Source: Terriglobales bacterium (GTDB lineage: Bacteria > Acidobacteriota > Terriglobia > Terriglobales > Acidobacteriaceae). Taken from it: 64,000 nucleotides of DNA. This document shows positions 42,138 through 50,100 of the stretch, piece after piece. Position 1 is the stretch's first letter. Each line of letters begins with the position of its first letter. Position numbers and translations under genes: made by a program. The notes below the pieces were generated by a model that was given only the letters and a program-made list of their open reading frames with translations, was not told the origin of the DNA and did no database searches. Where the stretch lies: contig DASRGM010000056.1 of NCBI GenBank assembly GCA_035651035.1, positions 2,877 to 66,876 of the forward strand, given 5' to 3'.

Positions 42138-43817
42138 ATGTCCGACCGGGATTTACAACCATCTCAAGACGAATCCACCGAATCCTTCGGCGATCTGCTC
42201 TCGCAATATGAACGCAGTCACGCGCGGCGCTCCGAGGAGGGCAGCCGCCAACTCGAAGGAACAGTCGTCGCTCTCACCGAAGACTCTGTCCTGCTCGACA
42301 TCGGATACAAGAGTGAGGGCATTCTGCCGCTGGCCGCGTTTCAGAGCGCCGGCGAGACGCCCCATGTAGGCGACAAGCTTCCCGTCACCGTGAAAGGCCG
42401 CGATCCGGAGGGCTACTACGAGCTGACACGCTTCCAGGTGGCGCGGCCCACGGACTGGCCCGCGCTGGAACGCGCCTTCGCCGAGAAGGCCACCATCGTC
42501 GGCACCGTGACCGCCATGGTGAAGGGCGGCTTCAGCATAGACGTTGGCGTCCGCGCTTTCATGCCCGCCTCGCGCAGCGGGGTGCGAGAAGCCTCCGAGA
42601 TGGAAGCCCTCGTCGGGCAGGAAATTCGCTGCCGCATCACCAAGCTCGACACCACGGAAGAAGACGTCGTTGTCGATCGCCGCGTGATCGCCGAAGAGGA
42701 AGAGCGCTCGGCCAAAGAGCGCCGCTACTCCGAGCTGCGCGAAGGCGAGATAGTGACCGGCGCCGTCCGCAACTTGACCGATTACGGGGCCTTCATCGAT
42801 CTGGGCGGCATCGACGGCCTGCTGCACGTGGCTGACATCGCCTGGAGCCGCGTCCAGAAGCCCGCAGATGTGCTCTCGCTTGGCCAGCAGATCGAAGCCA
42901 AGGTGCTCAAGATCGATCCCGGCAAGCAGCGCATTTCACTCGGCATGAAGCAGCTCCTGCCGCATCCCTGGGACTCGGTCGCCGAAAAATACCGCGTCGG
43001 CGAGCGGGCCCACGGCACCGTGTCGCGCCTCGCCGACTTCGGCGCCTTCGTCGAGCTCGAGCCCGGCGTCGAAGGCCTCATCCATATCTCGGAGATGTCG
43101 TGGACCCGCCGCGTGCGCAAGCCCGGCGACCTGGTCAACATCGGCGACACCGTCGAGGTCGTCATCCTCGGCGTCAACGTCGGCGAACAGCGTCTCTCGC
43201 TGGGACTCAAGCAGGCGCTCGGCGATCCCTGGGCCGACGCGACGCAGCGCTTCCCGGCAGGATCGACCGTCGAAGGCCCTGTCACCAGCATCACCAAGTT
43301 CGGTGCTTTTGTGCAGGTGACCGAAGGCGTCGAAGGCATGGTCCACGTCAGTGAAATTAGCGCCGAAAAGCGCATCAACCATCCCCAGGACGTGCTGAAG
43401 CCGGGGCAGGTAGTGAAGGCGCAGGTGCTCTCGCTTGACCCCGAGCGGCGCCTGATGCGGCTGAGCATGAAACAACTGGTGCCCACGGACCTCGACGAGT
43501 ACCTCGCCGAACACAACCCGGGCGACGTGGTGACCGGGCGCGTCAGCGAAGAATCCGGCGGCATCGCGCGCGTGGAACTCGGCGAAGGCGTCTATGCCAG
43601 ATGCCAGATTGCAGCCGCCCCTGCACCCGAAGCGGCAAAGCAGGCGGCCGCAACCGATCTCTCCTCGCTCACTTCCATGCTGCAGGCACGCTGGAAGGGC
43701 GGCACATCTTCCGCAGGAACGAAGACGCCGGCAGCTCTCCATACCGGGCAAGTCCGGAGCTTCCGAATTATCCGGCTGGACCGCGAGGCGAAGGCAATTG
43801 AGCTGGAATTAGCCTAA
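42138..43817 (+). CDS. rpsA: 30S ribosomal protein S1
   Basis: 559-aa ORF with six S1 (OB) repeats (G.VV.G.V......GA.VD.G..GLLH.S.). Confidence 0.93.
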   Translation: MSDRDLQPSQDESTESFGDLLSQYERSHARRSEEGSRQLEGTVVALTEDSVLLDIGYKSEGILPLAAFQSAGETPHVGDKLPVTVKGRDPEGYYELTRFQVARPTDWPALERAFAEKATIVGTVTAMVKGGFSIDVGVRAFMPASRSGVREASEMEALVGQEIRCRITKLDTTEEDVVVDRRVIAEEEERSAKERRYSELREGEIVTGAVRNLTDYGAFIDLGGIDGLLHVADIAWSRVQKPADVLSLGQQIEAKVLKIDPGKQRISLGMKQLLPHPWDSVAEKYRVGERAHGTVSRLADFGAFVELEPGVEGLIHISEMSWTRRVRKPGDLVNIGDTVEVVILGVNVGEQRLSLGLKQALGDPWADATQRFPAGSTVEGPVTSITKFGAFVQVTEGVEGMVHVSEISAEKRINHPQDVLKPGQVVKAQVLSLDPERRLMRLSMKQLVPTDLDEYLAEHNPGDVVTGRVSEESGGIARVELGEGVYARCQIAAAPAPEAAKQAAATDLSSLTSMLQARWKGGTSSAGTKTPAALHTGQVRSFRIIRLDREAKAIELELA

Positions 43818-43947
43818 CCAGCAACAAAGACCGTTTTGTTTGCGCTTCGCATCCAATAAAAAGATCGGTTTTCTCTCCAGAATGCCCACACTGTGCCGCA
43901 GTTCTGCAACATTGGCACAAGTGTTGACATCCTAAGCTTGGCGGCCC

Positions 43948-44118
43948 ATGAAGTTGATGGTTATCAAGTCGGAACAAGATCAATTTCAAAGGGCCGAGCA
44001 GCTTTTGGAAAGAGACTTGACCCCTATAGAGCGGAAATGGCTTGTCTTAGCCGATGCTATGCTAAGAAAAGCCGAAATTCGACGCTCCATAACCCGCCTG
44101 GGATCAGGCGCAGCCTGA
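43948..44118 (+). CDS. possible 56-codon ORF upstream of imuA (hypothetical)
   Basis: ATG..TGA encodes MKLMVIKSEQDQFQRAEQLLERDLTPIERKWLVLADAMLRKAEIRRSITRLGSGAA. It lies in a low-GC stretch with A/T-ending codons unlike the neighbouring genes. I see no clear SD. Confidence 0.2.
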   Translation: MKLMVIKSEQDQFQRAEQLLERDLTPIERKWLVLADAMLRKAEIRRSITRLGSGAA

Positions 44119-44256
44119 GTTCCTGCCTTCTTTTCCCTTCGTAAGCGATTTTTTCCTGGGAGTTGTTGACAACCTGAATTCCCCGTAGCAGAATCTCCTT
44201 CTAGGCGAATAAAAAGCGAAAACGCTGCCGCAACTCCGCCCGCCTCTGAGGTTCCT

Positions 44257-45219
44257 ATGTCTTCCGTCGCCCTTCGCCCGCTCATGACTCCGGCTCTTGC
44301 GAAAGCTTCTGCCGATCGCCTCCGCGCCACCCTTGAATCCTCGCTGGGGGAGCAGCTCTCGTCCACCCTGCTGCTCCGCGAACGTGCCGCGCCGCTGACC
44401 GTCCCCTTCGGAATCGCTGCTTTAGATCGGCTGACGGGCGGCTTGCCTCGCGCTGCGCTTAGCGAAATCACCGGGCCGCCTTCGTCCGGTCGCACCGGCG
44501 TCATGCTGGCGGCCTTGGCCGGAGCCACACGCCGCCAGGAGATCTGCGCCCTGGTGGATGCCGGCGACAGCTTCGATCCCGCTTCGGCGGCCGCCGCAGG
44601 TCTCGATTTGGAGCGGCTGTTGTGGGTGCGGTGCGGCCCGGGATCGGCCCCTCCGGCGCGAAGCAACGCAGCCCGGCGCGGCAACTCCGCAGCGGGACCT
44701 GCACGCAGCGCCGGCTTTGCCTACGGTGGCGCGCTGGAGCAGGTGCTGAAAGTGACCGACCTGCTGCTGCAGGCCGGCGGCTTCGGCATGGTGGCGCTCG
44801 ATCTGGGCGATATTCCTGCGGAGAGCGCGCGGCGCGTGCCGCTCACTTCATGGTTTCGTTTTCGCCGTGCCGTGGAGCCCACGGCAACCGTGCTTTTGCT
44901 GATCGAGCAGGAGCCTTGTGCAAAGAGCTGTGCCTCGCTAGTGCTGCGAATGCAAGCCGAGGCGATCTGCGCGTCGGATACGGGCGGCGTTGCTGCCCAA
45001 GCTGCCAGCTCCGGGCTTCGAGCTACAAGCTCGCGGCTCGTAGCTCCGGGCCTCCGCCATCGCCCCGATGATGACCTGCGCATCCCCCCAACCCCTGCCG
45101 TGAGCCATGCCGCAGTGTTGCAGGGACTGCGCCTGCGCGCCGAGGTCACACGTTCCTGGGCGCAGCGCAGGCCGTCGCAATCGCAGGGCGCGCAGTTTGA
45201 ATTGCGCACTGCCGTTTGA
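44257..45219 (+). CDS. imuA: ImuA (RecA/SulA-fold component of the imuA-imuB-dnaE2 mutasome)
   Basis: 320-aa ORF. VPFGIAALDRLTGGLPRAALSEITGPPSSGRTGVMLAALA is the ImuA-type degenerate P-loop context. It is the first gene of the cassette. Confidence 0.8.
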   Translation: MSSVALRPLMTPALAKASADRLRATLESSLGEQLSSTLLLRERAAPLTVPFGIAALDRLTGGLPRAALSEITGPPSSGRTGVMLAALAGATRRQEICALVDAGDSFDPASAAAAGLDLERLLWVRCGPGSAPPARSNAARRGNSAAGPARSAGFAYGGALEQVLKVTDLLLQAGGFGMVALDLGDIPAESARRVPLTSWFRFRRAVEPTATVLLLIEQEPCAKSCASLVLRMQAEAICASDTGGVAAQAASSGLRATSSRLVAPGLRHRPDDDLRIPPTPAVSHAAVLQGLRLRAEVTRSWAQRRPSQSQGAQFELRTAV

Positions 45220-45220
45220 G

Positions 45221-45246
45221 ATAGAGCTGGCCTTCAGGCCAGCGTC
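45221..45246 (+). repeat. REP-like element (TAGAGC-hairpin-GCGTC family), copy 1
   Basis: ATAGAGCTGGCCTTCAGGCCAGCGTC, containing the hairpin CTGGCC-TTCA-GGCCAG. It begins 2 nt after the imuA stop. Confidence 0.8.
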
Positions 45247-45270
45247 TCAGGCTCTTTTTCTAACTTTCGA

Positions 45271-45286
45271 GCCGGCTTCAGCCGGC
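45271..45286 (+). repeat. perfect hairpin GCCGGC-TTCA-GCCGGC, 6 nt upstream of the imuB ATG
   Basis: Read directly from the sequence. Same C-TTCA-G loop as the REP-like family. Confidence 0.85.
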
Positions 45287-45292
45287 GACACC

Positions 45293-47029
45293 ATGTTTGC
45301 CTGCATCCATATCCCCGACTTTCCCGTCGAAGCCATCGTCCGCTCCGGGCCCCTGCTGCGCGAGCGGTCTGTCGCCGTTCTGGAAGGCAAGCCGCCGCTT
45401 ACCCGTGTCGTCGCCCTGAACGATAACGCCCGCCGGCTGGGAATGGAAGCCGGCATGACCAAACTGCAAGCCGCGGTCTTCGCCGAAAGCAATGTCCCAC
45501 AATCAGGTACTACAAACAGGCACACGGCAGTCCTGCGGCAACGCTCTCCGGAACAGGAAAATGCCGCCCACGCCGCGCTGCTCGATGTGGCGCACGCTTT
45601 TTCGCCGCGCGTGGAAGATGCCGCGGCCGACACGTTGTTGCTCGATCTCTCCGGCCTCGATCGACTCTACGGCCCCTCTTCACGGATGGGCAGCGACCTC
45701 AAATCGCGTGTGACCGCGGTGGGAATGGAAACCAACATTGCTGTGGCCGCCAATCCGGATGCTGCCTTGCACGCCGCCCTTGGATTTGAGGGGATTACGG
45801 TCATTCCCGCCGGACGGGAGGCCCAGCGCCTGGGCGTGCTGCCGGTGCAGGTGCTGCTGGATGGCTTGGCAATCTCCTGGCAGAAGGCAAGTAAAACTGT
45901 CTCGGAAGCCGATTGTGAGAAGCTGCGCGCACAGATGCTCGACACCCTTGAGCGCTGGGGGGTACGCGATTTCCGCAGCCTGGCGCTTCTGCCGGAGCAT
46001 GCTCTGGCTTCGCGCCTGGGACAGGCAGGAGCGCAGTTGCGGCGGCTGGCCCGCGGCGAAACCATGCGCACGCTGGTCTTATGCGAGCCGCCCGCGCAAT
46101 TTGAAGAGTCGATGGATTTGGAAGACCCGGTAGAAGCTATTGAGCCCTTGTCGTTCCTGCTGAACCGCCTCTTGGAGCAGCTCTGCGCCCGCCTCGAAAC
46201 CCGGGCCCTGGCGGCACAGGAGCTGTGCTTGCGCCTGCAGCTAGAGCCCCGGGTTGCCGACGAGCAAACTACCACCATTCAGGAGCTCAATGGTCCGACC
46301 ACTACATCTCACAATGTGGTACATAAGCCTATTGTGGAACGTGTACAGCGGCTGCCGGTTCCCATGCGCGATGGCAAGACGTTCCTGAAGCTGCTGCAAC
46401 TGGACCTGGCTGCCCATCCCCCCGGCGCCCCGGTGAGCAAACTTTGGATTTCGGCCCAGCCGGCACCACCGCGCGCTGGGCAACGGGGATTGTTTCTGCC
46501 TGTCAGCCCCGAGCCGGAAAAACTGGAAATCACGCTGGCGCGAATCAATGCCGTTGTCGGCGAACGGCGGGCCGGAATCGCGCGGCTGCTGGACAATCAT
46601 CGCCGCGACAGCCTCAAAATCGATCGCTTTATGGCAGCACCGGGCACCAACGCTTCTCCTCCGACAATGTCGGATACAGGCGATCGTGTGCTCGTGGCCA
46701 TGCGTCTCATCCGCCCCGCCCGCCGGCTGAAAGTTCGGATATCGGAAGAGGGTAGTCCTGTGGCTCTGGCCACTGACGCCAGACAATCGGAGCAAGCGGA
46801 ATTGGAGGGAAAGGTAATGTGGTCCTCCGGTCCCTGGCGCTCTTCGGGTGACTGGTGGACCGAGAGCGGCAGCGGAATGCAATCCGGCCCATGGGATCGC
46901 GAGGAGTGGGACATCGCTTTGGCCTGCAAAATCAATGGCGCAAGTGGGCCAGAGGAAAATGTCGCGCTATATCGCATTTATTGCGATATAGGCACAGGTC
47001 AATGGTTCGCCGACGCCAGCTATGACTGA
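45293..47029 (+). CDS. imuB: ImuB (Y-family DNA polymerase-like protein)
   Basis: Start moved to MFACIHIPDFPVEAI, the canonical ImuB/Y-family N-terminus. 578 aa. Confidence 0.85.
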   Translation: MFACIHIPDFPVEAIVRSGPLLRERSVAVLEGKPPLTRVVALNDNARRLGMEAGMTKLQAAVFAESNVPQSGTTNRHTAVLRQRSPEQENAAHAALLDVAHAFSPRVEDAAADTLLLDLSGLDRLYGPSSRMGSDLKSRVTAVGMETNIAVAANPDAALHAALGFEGITVIPAGREAQRLGVLPVQVLLDGLAISWQKASKTVSEADCEKLRAQMLDTLERWGVRDFRSLALLPEHALASRLGQAGAQLRRLARGETMRTLVLCEPPAQFEESMDLEDPVEAIEPLSFLLNRLLEQLCARLETRALAAQELCLRLQLEPRVADEQTTTIQELNGPTTTSHNVVHKPIVERVQRLPVPMRDGKTFLKLLQLDLAAHPPGAPVSKLWISAQPAPPRAGQRGLFLPVSPEPEKLEITLARINAVVGERRAGIARLLDNHRRDSLKIDRFMAAPGTNASPPTMSDTGDRVLVAMRLIRPARRLKVRISEEGSPVALATDARQSEQAELEGKVMWSSGPWRSSGDWWTESGSGMQSGPWDREEWDIALACKINGASGPEENVALYRIYCDIGTGQWFADASYD

Positions 47030-47071
47030 CTGTCGTAAATATTGATGAGGATGAGATTTGCTGTGTAACAG

Positions 47072-47091
47072 GGCACGGCTTCAACCGTGCC
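47072..47091 (+). repeat. GGCACGG-CTTCAA-CCGTGCC hairpin in the imuB-dnaE2 gap
   Basis: Same family as 24969-24988, 49781-49800 and 49908-49927. A T5 run follows 7 nt later. Confidence 0.8.
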
Positions 47092-47110
47092 GAACGTGTT
47101 TTTCCCCTGG

Positions 47111-47131
47111 CCACTGACCACTGACCACTGC
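47111..47131 (+). repeat. tandem heptamers CCACTGA CCACTGA CCACTGC, ending 1 nt before the dnaE2 start codon
   Basis: Read directly from the sequence. Confidence 0.85.
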
Positions 47132-47132
47132 T

Positions 47133-50100
47133 TTGTACATCGAACTCCACGCCCGCTCCGCCTTCAGCTTCCTCGAGGGAGCCTCCGTCCCCGAGGAGTT
47201 CGCCGAGGTCTGCTCCCAACACGAAATGCCGGCTATGGCACTGCTGGATCGCGACGGCGTCTATGGCGCACCGCGTTTTTATCTGGCAGCCCAAAAACTG
47301 AAGCTCAAAGCGCACATCGGCGCGGAGATCACCTCGCTATTTCCCGGCGGAGATCTCGCAAATCCTGCCGAACTGCCTCGCTTGTCTCTGCTATGCGCCT
47401 CTCGCGAGGGCTACCAGAACCTTTGCCGCCTGATTACCCGCACCAAACTGCGCGCCCCAAAATATCCCGCTTCACTCCCACGACGTAAGACAAAACTGCA
47501 CAACGATATACCACAATGTGAGGCTGAAGAACTGGTTCAATACCAATCGACGGCTACCCTCGCCGATCTCGCCGAATATTCTCCCGGCCTCATCTGTCTG
47601 ACCGGGGGCGACGAAGGTCCGCTGGCGCACGCACTGGAGCGCGGCGGTCTCAGTGAGGCGCGCGCGCAGCTCGAGCGGCTGGTCTCGCTTTACGGGGGAG
47701 AAAATGTTTATGTTGAGCTGCAGCGCCACTATAACCGCGCGCAGGAGGCCCGCAATCAGGCTGCAATCGAGCTGGCACGCAGTCTGCAACTTCCGCTGCT
47801 GGCAACCCAGGGCGCGCAATACGCTCGCCCGCAAGAGCGCCAGATCCTCGACGTCTTCACCTGCATCCGCAATCACCGCACGCTCGATACCGCCGGCCGG
47901 CTGCTGGCGCGCAACAGCGAACGCCACCTGAAAACGCCGCAGCAGATGATGCAGCTCTTCGCCGGCCTGCCCGAAGCGTCAGCGAATACGCTGGAGCTGT
48001 CCTCGCGCCTCGAATTCACGCTCCACGATCTCGGCTACGAATTCCCGCGCTACCCCGTGTCCGACGGCGAAACGATGGATTCCTTCCTGCGCGCCCGCAC
48101 CCTGGAAGGCGCGCGCAACCGCTATCTGCGTCCCGGGCAGGGTGAGCTGTGGCAACGCGCGCGGCGGCAAATCGAGCGCGAGCTCATGCTCATCGAGAAG
48201 CTGAAGCTCGCCGGTTACTTCTTGATCGTGTGGGATATCGTGCGCCACTGTCGCGAGCATGGCATCCTGGTGCAGGGCCGCGGCTCGGCCGCCAACAGTG
48301 CGGTCTGTTATTCGCTCGGCATTACTGCTGTCGATCCCGTCGGCATGGACCTGCTCTTCGAGCGCTTCCTCTCGGAGGAGCGTGGCGAGTGGCCTGACAT
48401 CGATCTCGACCTGCCTAGCGGCGACCAGCGCGAGCGCGCCATTCAATATGTCTATGAGCGCTACGGCAAGCTGGGCGCGGCCATGACCGCCAACGTCATC
48501 ACCTATCGTGGGCGGTCGGCGGCGCGCGAGGTAGGCAAGGCGCTCAGCTTCGACGGCGAGACCCTCGACCGGCTGGCCGGCCTGGTCAGCTCGTGGGAGT
48601 ACAAAGACCCGGGCGACACGCTGGAGCGGCAATTCCGCGATGCCGGTTTCGACCTGCGCCACCCGCGCATCCGCAAGTTTTTCGAGCTCTGCCTGGCGGT
48701 GCAGGACCTGCCGCGCCATTTGGGCCAACACTCCGGCGGCATGGTCATCTGCCAGGGACAACTGGATTCCATCGTGCCGCTGGAGCCCGCAACCATGCCC
48801 GGCCGCGTCGTGGTGCAGTGGGACAAGGAAGACTGCGCCGACATGGGCATTGTCAAAGTCGATCTTCTCGGCCTGGGTATGATGGCCGTGCTGGAAGATT
48901 CGATCACCCTCATCCGCAATCACTGCAGGGAAGAAGTGGATCTGGCCAAACTACCGGCTGACGATCCCACAGTGTATGACACGCTGCAGAAGGCCGATAC
49001 GGTGGGCATGTTTCAGATCGAGAGCCGGGCACAGATGTCGTGCCTGCCGCGGCTGCGTCCCACCCACTTCTACGACATTGTGGTACAGGTGGCGATCATT
49101 CGTCCCGGCCCGATTGTGGGCCAGATGGTCAACCCGTACCTGATGCGCCGGCAGGGCCGGCAGGCGGTGGTCTATCCGCATCCTTCGCTGGAACCGGTGT
49201 TGGAGCGCACCCTCGGCGTGCCGCTCTTCCAGGAGCAACTGCTGCGCGTGGCCATGATCACCGCCGGCTTCAGCGGCGGAGAGGCGGAAGAGCTGCGGCG
49301 CGCCTTCGGCTTCAAACGCAGCGAAAAGCGCATGCGCGATATCGAGGTCAAGCTGCGCGAAGGCATGACGCGCAATGGCATCCCGCCCGCGGCGCAGCAG
49401 GAGATCATTCAGTCCATCACCTCGTTTGCGCTGTACGGATTTCCCGAGTCGCACGCCGCCAGCTTCGCGCTGATCGCATATGCCAGCGCCTATTTGAAGT
49501 GCCACTATCTGGCGGCGTTCACTGCCGCGCTGCTGAACAATCAGCCGATGGGGTTCTATTCGCCGGCGACAATCGTGAAAGATGCGCAGCGGCACGGGCT
49601 GCGGGTGAAGCCGGTGGACATCACGCGCTCGGAGTGGCTGTGCACGCTGGAGGGCGAGAAAGATCTGGCTATGTGGAATGGAGCAGAGAGAAGGGAAGTA
49701 GACAGAAATCGCGCAGACAGAAACGGCGCCGAGAGCAATCGAGCCGAGAGAAATTGCGCCGAAGCAGATGGTTTTGAAGGGGCACGGCTTCAGCCGTTCC
49801 GTAAGCTGCCCGGAATGGGTTCGGCTTCAGCCGCTGAGGAGACTCGCAGTTCATACCAACCCGAAGCCCCTCGGCGGCTAAAGCCTGTCTCGAGTGATGA
49901 TAGGTACGGCACCGCTAAAGCCGTGCCCTTTCAAAATGACGAAGAGGCTTCAGGCGCGCCCTTCGACAAGCTCAGGGCAAGTTCTGAAGGCGCGCCGCTT
50001 CAAAGCCGGCGTTTCGCTTTGCGCATGGGGCTTCGTTATGCCAAGGGACTGCGCGAAGAAACAGCGCGGGCGATTCTTCGCGAGCGTGAAAAGCGGCCGT

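Noticed and set aside
44160-44175. GTTGT-TG-ACAAC palindrome over the imuA -35 as a LexA box.
   Set aside because: There are only 5+5 bp, and it overlaps a plain TTGACA hexamer. It does not match any LexA motif I can name. That is too weak to call.
49686-49760. Possible CRISPR-like array (regular short repeats).
   Set aside because: The units are contiguous 15-mers with no spacers. They lie inside an ORF and in frame, and no cas genes are present. This is a coding minisatellite, not a CRISPR array.
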